Of a stretch of 64,000 nt of DNA, positions 53,143 through 64,000 are shown piece by piece. The notes beneath the pieces are model-generated. The model had not been told where the DNA came from. It did no database searches and saw only the letters and a list, made by a program, of their open reading frames with translations. Location of the stretch: the NCBI GenBank assembly GCA_965112155.1, contig OZ218102.1; one strand, written 5' to 3'. Every line of letters begins with the position of its first letter. The stretch's first letter is position 1. The DNA comes from Podarcis liolepis. Taxonomy: Eukaryota. Both the position numbers and the translations under genes were made by a program.

Positions 53143-53441
53143 GTAAGTGTGGGTTGATGGTTTTTTTGAGCTTTCTATATGCCACAAAGGTTATCTCCCT
53201 TGAGCCTGGCGTGCTGCAGTGCCCAGCATTCCTTAAGGGATTAGCTGGGATTTTAATTGCACACGACTTGAGAAGGCTGGCCAAGACTATAATCTCAGCT
53301 ACTGTGCTCTGGGATATGTGGAGTGACAGTTTCCAGCTTCCCAGGGTATGGGGCTTGCTATGCTGGCCTAAGGAATCGGGGCCAAAATTGGGGTGGGGAA
53401 CTCAGTCCAGAAAGACATTTCTAAGTCTAGTAGCTTTAGAT

Positions 53442-53563
53442 CAGGCACCCCCAACCTGCGGCCCTCCAGATGTTTTGGCCTCCAACTCCTATGATCCCTA
53501 GCTAACAGGATCATGGGAATTGTAGTCCAAAACAGCTGGAGGGCCGAAGCTTGGGGGTGCCTG
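53442..53563. mobile_element. hAT MITE, largely palindromic
   Basis: TIRs CAGGCACCCCCAA / TTGGGGGTGCCTG; perfect TSD CTTTAGAT at 53434 and 53564. Confidence 0.9.
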
Positions 53564-53882
53564 CTTTAGATCTTTCCAGCTGCAGATGCTACTGGGTTGG
53601 GGGGGGAGGAAGGGTGCTGGAGATGGTGCTGTTTAGCTCCTTATAAAATAATGTTTCAACTGGGGTGCTTTGCAGCCACCATTTCACTTGTGTCTGTTGC
53701 ATGTTTTCCTGTTTATGAGAATGAGGCTTAATCATTCCTGCTCTAAGTTTACCTCCTGGCTATGTAGTTTTTATTTCATTTTCTTTGGGTTTGCAGATCG
53801 TTGGTGATCTGTATATGTTATTAAGTTATTGCCATATGCTAATGAGTTGTGGCAAGGCTCCTCCCCCCTCAAAAAATAACTA

Positions 53883-54123
53883 CACTGGTACCTCGGTTTA
53901 AGAACAGCCTTGTTTATGAACTATTCAGTATATGAACACCACAAAGCTGGAACTAGTGTTCCACTTAGCAAAGTTTACCTCGGTCTATGAACGGAAGCTG
54001 AACAGTGGAAGGGCAGCAGCAGTGGGAGGCCTCATTAGGGAAAGCGCACCTCAGTTTAAGAACGGCTTTGGTTTAAGAACGGACTTCCGGAACAGATTAA
54101 GTTCGTAAACCAACGTACCACTA
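53883..54123. mobile_element. Degenerate Tigger/pogo-like MITE
   Basis: TA|CACTGGTACCTCGGTTTAAGAAC ... GTTCGTAAACCAACGTACCACTA|TA. Confidence 0.75.
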
Positions 54124-57100
54124 TATTAAGGAACCAATCCTGGTTACTTTCAGCATTTGAATGCCTACATCTTTCCACAGAGAAAAATACTAGACTGCAA
54201 AGGACTTTCAAGCCAACATAGGCAGAATAGGAAGAAATGGCTGACAGTAAATGTTGGGCCAGTTTCAGTTTAGAAATCATGTTCCCCTGAGCCTGGAATG
54301 TTGAAAAGTCCTGCCTGTCTACAGTTCAGAAGAAAATAATCTGTCCATTTTCCACAGTCATAGGGAGTAATACTGAATTATAATTTCAGCTCAGGCAGGT
54401 TCTATAATGGCCAGTGTTCTGTGTCTCGGAACACGAGGAACACAGAGCAAAGTAAGCCAGGAATGAAAGCATGAGTGTGGCAGGTCCAGTCCCTGGCATC
54501 TCCTGGTAGGGCTGGGAATGTCCCCTGCCTGAAACCCTGGAGAACCACTGCCAGTCAGCAGTGGTGCAGCACCGGCTGCTGGCACCCAGAGCAAGTGCCA
54601 GCCCAGCCCTTGCCACTGGAACAACCCCACCCACATTGGAGCAAAATGGGGCTGCACTGAGCTGCTCGCTCATCCACACTTGGTGGGCAGAGAGGAGCAT
54701 TGGGCTGCACCATGCTGGGGTCATCTGCATAGGGACGCCTGGTTCATGCCACTTCCAAAATTATGCACCTGAGGCCACAGCTCCCCTGGCACTCCCCGTG
54801 CTATGCCCCTGCCAGCCAGGGTAGTTAATGCTGAGCTAGATGAATGGAGAGTCTGACTCAATATAACGCAGCTTCCAATGTTCTGTTTAACAGCATAGTG
54901 AGCTTGACGTTCTTGTATGGTGCCATGTTGGAAGAAGTGGCAGTAAACAGGGATGTTGAACCAGAGCGTCACTTTCCCATCTGTCCACCACACCATGTGC
55001 CCCTTTGGCTTCTCCCTCATTCACTCTGTGAGTGATGCATGATGTTGTAAACACAGAAACAACCCCAAAGTCTCTCCTTAATGGCTTAGCTGCCCTCCTC
55101 TCTCATATGCCACAGAGAGGGATAATGGGAGGAACCACTTGAAGGACCATAGGAGAATGCTCTGCTATCCATTCAGAAGATCCCAGCTTCAATTTCCAGC
55201 ATCTCCAGGAAGGACCAAGAGACTCCTGCCTGAAAACTTGGAAAGTCACTGCCTATCAGTGTTGGCAGTACTGAGGTGGATGGACTTGATAGCAGTGGAG
55301 GTTGGTTCATTGGGGTTACTGGAGCGCTGTCCCACCAACCTCAGTCTGCTCTCAGTTAGCCCTCAATTGCCTGCCTCCTTACTTGAAACCAGCTCAAGGG
55401 GTGGCACTGGCTGTCAGCTTCCTCCTCCCTGGTCTCAGCACTTGCAGAACTCAGCAGGGAAGAGGAAAGGGGCAACAATTAGTTTGCTCTGGCTCCACCT
55501 TCTGTTGGGCTCTCTGCCCTCTACCTCACCAGTCCCAAGGGGCACCAGGCATCTTCTGATGCTCTACTGTAGGATTACAGCCATTTCCTCCTCTCATTCC
55601 TCTGCCCGATTCTTTAAAAAGGAACACTGCTGCTACCATCTGCCTGGTCTATTTTGGATGAGCTAAGCTAGGGAATCCCAGCCAGTTATTCCAGTACGTA
55701 TAAAAATACATTTCACCAGCATATCTCTATATGTGGAAATTCTGGGGAATCCACCTCCTCTTTGGGTAGCTGTAAAAATTCTCTTCTAGTTGCTACTATG
55801 GTTGTTCCAGGTTAAGCTTCCTGAATACCAGTCTTGCAGGGCTCTGCTTTCTGTTACTCTGCTATTTTGCGGGGGCGATGTGGGCTCTTCTGTATTGTCC
55901 AATTGCTTCACTTTCAATAATGTGTGTTTATGGATTCATCTCATTTTGCTGTCTGTGCCTAGCCACCTTGAATTATTTTTGTGATAGAAAGTCAGTATTG
56001 CAAATACTTTAATAATAATAAATCTTTAAGAGGCTGGGTGATAAACTCTTGTGCAAGAATAACAAAAGGTTCCTTGGCATTCACATCTGACCTCAGATAA
56101 TTTATTATGCCTTCCCATGATATTCTTACCCTAAATAAGTGTCACAATCTGGGCCTGCATTCACCATGATTTGATTTCTAAAGTCCTACCAGCTTCCATT
56201 TTCTCTGGAATCCACATTCCCTTACAGGACCTACCTGGACTAGCAAAGCTGGAAGCATTTTTAAGATCCCTTTAGGAATCTGTTTCTGTGACAAATGAGA
56301 GATTTCCTCCCTCTACCACACTTCCTGCTAGCTAATTATGGTCCTGTTGCCCTTAATTACAGTACCATGAATTGTTTTAAAGAATCCTCCCCCCAAGGAA
56401 CCCACCCATTTTCCAAGGGACTAGCTTGTGACAATTTTATTAATTTCCATGATGGGTTTCTTTTTTCATGTTGTTTTGCTACGTTTATTAGACACTCAAT
56501 AGCTTGTATTCTCTGGATACAATACAAGACTTACAAAATCCACATAGTAGCAAAAGCTTATCTGATAGGCTTTCACATGCTCTGTCTGTGCAACATTAAT
56601 TGGTTCCAGTCCTTAATGGGTGTGGTTAGAACCCTTTGATGATTGTAAAAGTTTCTCTGTTAAAGTATCCTGGGAAGTCCAGTTCTCTCTCTTCCTGCTG
56701 GCTCTTCCGCAATACCTAGCGGAAGGAGGCTTCTGGCTGGAACTGCTCCAAACCACAGGCAGCCCAGAAAATAATTCCTTGATGGGACATGATTCATAGG
56801 AATAGCTTAAAGAGAGAGCCAAAGTGGTGCCCTCCAGATACTGCTGAACTACAGCTCCCATCATCCCTGGCCTTTGGGCACAGTGCCTGCGGCTGGTGGG
56901 AGTTGTAGTATCCAGAGGGCACAATGTTGGCTTAAAGAAAACAGCAACTCCCTGAATCCCTTTTAATAGTGTGTGCCATTCTCGGTATTCTGGAGAAAGG
57001 TGTTTCCAAATTTGCCTATGACTGCACTTTTTTATTTTCCGAGTACCCTGTCATTCTGATTTCCTTCATGGTATGGTGGTAATAACCCTTCCGCTACCTT

Positions 57101-57282
57101 GCAATGCCACCCAGGAGGGGTGCTGGATCTTCCTCTCCCATGCAGCCAATGCTGGTGTCCTCCAGTGTAACTGCCTCACTAGCCGCCACTGGGGTGAAAG
57201 CTGCCTATCTTTATTTGTTATACAGTTTCCTCAGCGCTGGTTCGGCTTACCAGAAGTGTGTTCATGTGCAATGTCTTCTCAT

Positions 57283-57527
57283 CAGTGGAGGCTGGCCCAT
57301 TAAGACTCAGCCTGCCCTCAGTCAGCCCCCACTTGCTGCCTTCTTACTTAAAACCAGCCAGTGAGCAGCATTGCTTGTTAGCTGTTATTCTTTGTAGAAA
57401 TAAGGGAGGAGGAGAACAGAGACGAAACTATATTTAGCTAGCTCTGCCTGTCACAGCTCTGGCTCTGTTTCTTGTTGGCTCCCTTGCCGTCTGCCCCTCT
57501 GGTCCCAAGGGGCACCGGCCACCACTG
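57283..57527. mobile_element. hAT-like MITE; related copy at ~55293-55558
   Basis: TIRs CAGTGGAGGCTGG / CCGGCCACCACTG; TSD CTTCTCAT/ATTCTCAT. Confidence 0.75.
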
Positions 57528-57838
57528 ATTCTCATCAACTTCTTTTACCAGCTGAACAAACCTTCAGTAAATCTCACTGAGCTCCAGCACTTGGACAAAC
57601 TTAGCTCTCACCAAACATGCTTAGCATTGTTTCTGTTTCTTTTCTTTTTGTGGAGTGGAGGGTTTCCTATGAGCATCTTTGCTGCCTTCTGCTACCTTTG
57701 GAATTTTACACCAACTTTTGAACGTTGTTATGTAGGTTCTATAGCAACTCTTGGTGGCAAAACAATGTCCCATGCTTGGTATGTTCATGACCTACTTCCA
57801 CATCCTCCTTATCTGATATGTATTCTTGTCCTTCCTAG

Positions 57839-57937
57839 CACCTCACCTTCCCTCTGCTGGCTGTCACACTGCTGTCATCGTTTGGGTCTTCCATGCTGTA
57901 TGGCTACAATTTGGCTGTGGTGAACTCTCCAGCAGCG
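57839..57937 (+). CDS. SLC2A15: GLUT class II exon 2 (TM1): HLTFPLLAVTLLSSFGSSMLYGYNLAVVNSPAA
   Basis: tcctag|CAC...GCG|gtaag; 99 bp; GSS-x-LYGYN motif of the GLUT5/9/11 class. Confidence 0.9.
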
Positions 57938-58205
57938 GTAAGATTCAGACAGAAAGTGCACACACTGACCACCATAGAGCCTTCCATCCTCTGCTGAGCT
58001 AGAATGCCCCTCTCTCCACTTCCTGGCCTGATACACCATGTTGAACTGACCCCTTTCTGTTCCTCCCAGGACCTCACTTAGGTTGATACTGTCTCCCACA
58101 GACATCACAAGACTCCAAATAACCTGTGGTTAAAATCTGATGATGGTGAACACAGATCTAGAACTCTCACAATTTTATTGCATGTTGTGTCTTCCTCTAC
58201 TGCAG

Positions 58206-58366
58206 CACATCAAAGCCTTCTATAACACAACATGGTTTCGGCGCTATGGAGTGGGCCTGGCTCCAGCACGGCTCACTCTCATGTACTCACTAACTGTCTC
58301 GGTCTTTGCCCTGGGAGGCCTGGTGGGATCCCTGCCTGTGGGAGTACTGGTAACCCAATATGGAAG
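58206..58366 (+). CDS. SLC2A15: GLUT class II exon 3 (loop 1 with N-glycosylation sequon NTT, TM2): HIKAFYNTTWFRRYG...GVLVTQYGR
   Basis: ctgcag|CAC...AG|gtaag; 161 bp. Confidence 0.92.
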
Positions 58367-59660
58367 GTAAGGGCAGGGCCAAAAACAGAGTGAATTTCCA
58401 ATTCATAGCCAAGATGTGTTGACAGATACACCACCCATGGTGGCACTAAGTTCCACATAGCTTAGCACCCATGTCCCTCCGGCCAACCCCTAGCCCTGCT
58501 GCAATTGCTCCTTGCCACTATTGCCTGCTCTCCTGTCCCTTCTAAGCCAATGAGCAGTGACAAAAGAGGAAAGAGAAAGAGCAGAAGAAGAAGCCTTAGA
58601 CCACATTGACCCATCTCCCACTGGACAGATGTATGGACTGTGGCCAAAGGGAAGGTGCAAGCAAAAGTGCAGTGGCAATAGCAGTGAGGAGGATGTAGGT
58701 CTTCTCTGAGAGGAGGCCTGTAGAAGGTATCATGCCCAAGTCCCCCCACAAATGTTACAAAACACACATTAATCCCCGTAGAGTTTAGACAGCAGGAATG
58801 TACTACTACGTAACACGTTTTGGCACGCAAGCCAGAAACTGCCTCTCTCTTCCCATTGAAAGCTGCAGCACCCATGGATGTGACCAATTCTTTAGCCTTC
58901 AACCTCATGACCATTAAGGACAGCGCTAAAATTGAGCTGGATAATGTGATTAAGGCAGGAATGATCCTAGAATTCAAACAGTTAAAAGATCAAAGAGGTT
59001 ACAACAGTGCAAGATACGGACTAGACTGACTTTTGGCTACACTGGTGAGACATTGGATGCTGCCTTATTCCATCCAGCTCAGTTTTGTCTACACTGCCTG
59101 CAGCATAGGCTTCAGGCAAGGCTCACTCCCCATCTCTTAGCAGGAGATGCTGGGAACTGAACCTGTGACTCTCTGAAGGCAAAGATAGACGATAGGTATA
59201 AAAACTGTCAGTTAATTTATGGTCCTCTTTGACATCTCAGTTGAGACATGTTCTTTAAAAGTATTTATTTTGTTAGGGCATCAGGAATGAACCGAATCAC
59301 TTGGAAGCACGGTTATTCTTTACTGTGGGTTCTTCTGAATATGTTTTAAGCTGACACTTTAACTGTCCCTGAAGCTCATTGGAAACATATTTTGTTAAAG
59401 AGGGTGTATAAATAATAGAAATAAATGTAGAACAGTTGTGTCAGCTGGGATAACGCTATGATTGTCAAAACAGAGCTACTCCTTATGCCTGCCTCTCAAC
59501 TCACATCCCAGATTTAATTTGAGTTGAGGCTACTTGCCAAATCTCAACTCTACCATCAGAACAATTTCCATATGCTCTAGCAAACAACCGTGTCTCTGTT
59601 TAAACTCTGGATATCACAACAATTAATCCAGCTGAAAGGTTGCTCAGTGATCATCTACAT

Positions 59661-59787
59661 CAGGGATGCAGAATCTGTGGCCCTCCAGACATTGCTGGAC
59701 TCTAAGTTCCATCAGCCTCAGTCAGCATAGCCAATGGCTAGGGATGCTGGAAGTTATAGTTTAGTAACGTCTGAAGGGCCATCTCTG
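59661..59787. mobile_element. hAT MITE related to 53442-53563
   Basis: CAGGGATG ... CATCTCTG; perfect TSD ATCTACAT at 59653 and 59788. Confidence 0.82.
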
Positions 59788-59958
59788 ATCTACATCCCAT
59801 TTGGCTAGTCAGTCCACCTCTGACTACAGGCCTTAGGATCTGGCAAAGCAATTCTAATGGGGAAAGGAGTTAGAAGAACCAAGGAAGGAAAGGGGCAGAG
59901 GGGCAATTATGGGGATGCCAGATGGGCATTTTGTTGCAACAGAGAGCAGAGTGTTCAG

Positions 59959-60161
59959 CAGGGCTGGCCCAAGATATTTTGGCACCTGAGGTGAACCAGA
60001 AAATGGCGCCTCTCTCCCTGGTAGGGAAGAATGGCTGAGTGAATATCTACCTCAGGAGCAAGGAAGTAAGATCTACATTGGGATCAGCTGCCCCTATGGA
60101 TCCTGCCATGGTGCCACTTGAGGCAGTCACCTCACCTTGCCTCATGAGTGAGCCAGCCTTG
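59959..60161. mobile_element. Old hAT-like MITE
   Basis: CAGGGCTGGCCC ... GAGCCAGCCTTG; degenerate TSD GTGTTCAG/GTCCTCAG. Confidence 0.6.
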
Positions 60162-60216
60162 GTCCTCAGGGAGTGGGGATGGAACAAAATGTTTTATTTG
60201 GAACTATTTGTAATCA

Positions 60217-60338
60217 AAGAGGTTGGATGACCATCTGTCATGTATGTTCTAGTTGAGATTCCTGCATTGCAGGGGATTGGATTAGATGACCCTCTGTTCC
60301 CTTCTACCGCTACAATTCTATGGTTCCATGATTCAATG
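60217..60338 (+). mobile_element. CR1 3' terminal fragment just upstream of the exon 4 acceptor
   Basis: GATTCCTGCATTGCAGGGGATTGGATTAGATGACC ... ATTCTATG-type tail. Confidence 0.8.
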
Positions 60339-60370
60339 AAAGCATCTAAAATAAATGACCTCTCTACCAG

Positions 60371-60495
60371 GAATGGTACCTTGGTCCGTAGCAACGTCCT
60401 CGTCTTCCTGGCTGGCATGTTAATGGGATTCAGTCGCTACTTGGAATCACCTGAAATGGTCATATTCGGACGCTTCATAACCGGCGTTCACTCTG
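60371..60495 (+). CDS. SLC2A15: GLUT class II exon 4 (TM3-TM4): NGTLVRSNVLVFLAGMLMGFSRYLESPEMVIFGRFITGVHS
   Basis: taccag|G...G|gtaag; 125 bp; EM-xx-GRF-xG motif. Confidence 0.92.
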
Positions 60496-61041
60496 GTAAG
60501 AGAAATGTCTCGGCCCAGACTTCCTCACTTTGTGTGTGGGTCTCCTCCTTCTCTAGTGAAGTTCCTCCTCCTCCTCTAGGGTCCGGGTAATGCACAGCCA
60601 CTGAAAGCTACGTATTCATCTCAAAAAGCGTATCTGTACTGTATATATAGATTATTAGAGCCACTGCTGCCTCTCTTGCTCATGACGTTCCACATTGATT
60701 TGAAAAGCAAAAGAATGTGCTTTTTAATTTAGAGAGTTAGAAATGAGTTACCACCTACAGTGAGTGAGTGGGAACATTCAGAAATTATTGAATGTGGATT
60801 CATTGCATGCACTTTCTGAATCAGGCCATTGCCCATAAAATCTCGTTCCACAATAAACTAATTGCTAAGATGACACATTATTCTGCCTCTTTGTAGCAAC
60901 AGAACTTATATGACTACTTTGCGGGAAGTTAATATAGATTTAGTTGTTCCTGAAGATATTAACCCTTAGATATCTGAAGCTGCTGGCTGATTGCCATGTC
61001 ATTCACCACCTTCCTTCCCTTTTCTTTCCTCTTCCTACCAG

Positions 61042-61187
61042 GGATCTGTCTCAGTGTGGTGCCCATGTACCTGGGAGAAATTGCCCCTAAGAACCTGCGT
61101 GGATTCTTGGGCCTTGTACCAAGCATTTTCATCTGTCTGGGGGTCTTCTCTGCCCAAGTCCTGGGCCTTCCAGAGCTACTGGGAGAG
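61042..61187 (+). CDS. SLC2A15: GLUT class II exon 5: [49 protein letters not shown]
   Basis: taccag|GG...GAG|gtaaa; 146 bp; PMYLGE and LRG sugar-porter motifs. Confidence 0.93.
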
Positions 61188-62171
61188 GTAAATGCCCAGG
61201 CCTGCCACTCTCTGCATAGAATGCCCAGGCCTGCTAGCTTCGCTGCTGTCAGTATGTAAACTGATGACAGGAGGGGAAGGCCACCACTGGGAGCAGCTGA
61301 GAGTCCTAGAAGAGTGTGCTAGCAAAAGGTGGTGTAGTAATGAACATGTTGGACTTTGGATGGGGAGATGTGAAATTACAGACATTGAGTTCACTGAATC
61401 ACCTAAGGCAAATCACTGTCTGAGTCTAGCCTACCTAACAGACTTGTCCTCCAATCCTCAAGCTCACACTGTTGCTAAATACTACTCTAGCAGATGATAC
61501 CATCACCCCTGCTGTCAAAAAGAGCAACAAAGCTGCATTTCATTCCACTGCCCCTACTAGTTTAGAAAAGGCAGACGGGCTTTTGCCATCTTGAATCCAA
61601 ACATGTTTTGTTTTTTTAATGCGCTTTCCACTTCTTCAAATGGTGAGAAGTTCTAGGATAATGACTTATCCATCTTTTATTCTCTATGGGAAGAAGAGAT
61701 GGGTGGTGAGTTAATATGTTTCTGCTATATTGATTTACAAATATTCAAGTTGACCATAGATGGAGGTGAACATGGGGCATAGATGGAGGGCTTCCCCTCC
61801 TAGAGGTGTCTCCAGTTATTTCCTAGCCATTCCCAGCCATTTTAGCTCTAATTTCCCTAACAGAAGATATGCCTGCTGGTATGCTTGGCCTCTTGGCCAT
61901 TAAGGAACCTTAAGAACTCATTCTGCCTCCTTTAACATTCACAAATGCTAATCCCCACAGCAGAAATCAGATAGCAAGACCATAACAATGTTATAAGAAA
62001 TCTGGCCATTATACAGGAGAAAAGGTCTCTGTCATAGAGAAAAGAGGAGGCATCAGGGATTTTGTTGGAGAAAGTGTGGGAAGACAGATGTGGTGTAGGA
62101 GGGGAGTATCTTGCTCAGGTCATTCTTGTTTCTATCCATGCACCCACCACACCCAAAAATAATGCAATACC

Positions 62172-62386
62172 TAGGTTTGCTACACATTCGGAATTTCCTA
62201 GACATATCTGGAATACTGCATTCGGCAGCAGCATCTGGACAGAAATTGTGAAAATATCTGGGAAAATCCGGACATATGGCAGTCCATGTCGGCAGTGTTA
62301 TTTGCCGATTTCCCATAAAAACAGCTTAAAAACAGAAAAAAAAAGTTCAACGACTTTGGCCAAAAGTTTGAAATATGGCAACCCTA
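62172..62386. mobile_element. hAT (Tip100-like) MITE
   Basis: TIRs TAGGTTTGCTACA / TATGGCAACCCTA; TSD GCAATACC/GCTATACC. Confidence 0.75.
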
Positions 62387-62575
62387 GCTATACCCTTCAG
62401 GACTAGGCTTTCCTATATAACTCTGTGGGGAGAAAGATGGAGAAAGGGCTTCAGAAAAGGAGCCGTTAATCTATCAAGTCCTTTGTGTTTCACAACCTGC
62501 ATAAAGTATCCTCTTTGCCAGAAAGAAGCTGCAAAAACCCCTCTCATCCGGGGGGGGGGGCTCTCTCTCTCCTAG

Positions 62576-62708
62576 GATCCCTACTGGCCTCTCTTCCTCT
62601 CGCTGGTGGTTGTCCCTGCCTTCCTGCAGCTGGTCCTCCTGCACTGGTTTCCAGAAAGCCCCCGTTATCTTCTTATTGAGAAGAATAATGTCCTTGGAGC
62701 TACTGATG
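62576..62708 (+). CDS. SLC2A15: GLUT class II exon 6 (TM6): DPYWPLFLSLVVVPAFLQLVLLHWFPESPRYLLIEKNNVLGATD
   Basis: tcctag|GAT...G|gtaag; 133 bp; PESPRYL motif. Confidence 0.93.
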
Positions 62709-62882
62709 GTAAGAGAAGTGCAAGGATCTTCGTTCCTTACCGCTTGGAAATATTTTAGGGGTGGCCATGAGAGGCCAGAAAAGTTTGCTATTGTGTGGCA
62801 GAGCTACCCACAGCCTACAGGCCTCCAGCTGGCCATCCCTGTCCTGGATACTTTTCTCAGCCGCGTTGTCTTAACCCTACAG

Positions 62883-63070
62883 CGCTGCGTTGGTTCCTGG
62901 GCAAGTACGACGTGCAGGACGTAATTGAAGAGATGCAAGAGGAGAAGCGCTCGCTGGCTTCTGTGGAGACGGTGTCTGTGTGGCACCTGCTCTTGGATCG
63001 CTCTGTGCGATGGCAAGTTCTCTCCGTCGTGGTGATCAACATGGGCATGCAGCTCTCAGGGATTGACGCG
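62883..63070 (+). CDS. SLC2A15: GLUT class II exon 7 (intracellular helices, TM7): ALRWFLGKYDVQDVIEEMQEEKRS...VVINMGMQLSGIDA; gene continues beyond the window
   Basis: ctacag|CG...GCG|gtaag; 188 bp; QLSG motif. Confidence 0.93.
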
Positions 63071-64000
63071 GTAAGGGCTGCAGGGTCGATCACGCCTGCC
63101 CCAAGGCCGCTGGGCTGGCCTGCGCCTCCTGCACCTTCATTCAAGCACAACAGTATTCCAAACTCGCTCTCTTCCGTTTAAACCTCTGGGTGTATTTCCC
63201 CCATGTATCTGCAGCACCTTCCCTGCTTGGAGCCAAAGAACTCTGAGCGAGGTGCCAAAAGTCAAGACTTAAGTTGCTCCTCCCAAATCATGAGTATTTA
63301 TTTAAATTTCCGTACTGCCTTTCCTCCGAAAATGGAGGCAAATTGCAAAACAGAAAAACAATGCATAAATAAATAAATAAATCTCTAAAACCTTGTAAAA
63401 CAGTCATATCCCCTCACAGCTAGTAATACCAAGTTTGCAGGAAACAGTGCTTTGCAGCCATCAAATGCCTGGAGGGACAGGAATGTTTTAAAATTCCACT
63501 AGAATGTTAATAGTGAGGAACTACCACCATGGAGACCCTGCCACACGCAGCGCCCAGCACTGCCAACAGGCTGAGATGGTTGACATTCTTGAGTACTTTG
63601 GTCCCAAGCCTTTTAGGGTTTTGTAAGCTGGTTCCAGGCTTTGTGCACCTTGAAAAGAGCCTTACTGACACCCACTCTGCTTGCAAAAGGAGGGAGGGAG
63701 AAGGGTTGCGCATGTACTTTTCACTCTAGCCCTGCCTACCACTGATATGCAGTCCTTAACAGATTACTCCCAAGCAAATACAGCCCATAGCAAAAAAAAG
63801 GCTCCCCACTCATGTTTTACATCATGAATTAAAATGATTTAGTATAATTCATGGTAGAGCATAATTAATCCCGGGAGGGAGGGGTTGGGCGATTAAAAAT
63901 GAGGCACTCATATCTTAATAAAAGTGCTGTTAGTACCAGCATACAAATGGTTGCCATAAGCAGCCCAAAAAAAGGTGATTTTTCTTATTTTACAAGTGTG

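Noticed and set aside
55139-55666. 175-aa ORF
   Set aside because: Made of a SINE remnant plus a MITE inside transporter intron 1; no recognisable domain.
58462-58977. 171-aa antisense ORF
   Set aside because: Intronic, no motif or splice support; consistent with chance.

Overview
Vertebrate genomic DNA, almost certainly squamate (Sauria SINE, CR1/L2 remnants and hAT/Tc1 MITEs, in a mix typical of lacertid lizards). Two spliced genes lie on the + strand. (1) The 3' two-thirds of BTRC (beta-TrCP1, F-box/WD40): 10 coding exons from 22035 to the stop at 39667, totalling 1494 nt (497 aa + stop), plus a non-coding last exon starting at 40457. Positions 1-22034 are a large upstream intron with two short N-runs. 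(2) The first 7 coding exons (53098-63070) of a class II GLUT transporter with a GLUT9-type exon layout. From its position next to BTRC it is most likely SLC2A15, and it continues past the window. Nearly all ORFs in the six-frame track are spurious or are exon fragments. The most notable non-coding items are two ~200-bp palindromic retro-insertions (37918-38124 and 46043-46236) with 12-bp target-site duplications. They carry Penelope-type minimal hammerhead ribozyme motifs: intact at 46146-46187, and with a broken stem I in the other copy. A third, unrelated hammerhead-like motif lies at 26483-26532. Gene, repeat and residue identities come from recalled knowledge of these families, not from database searches.
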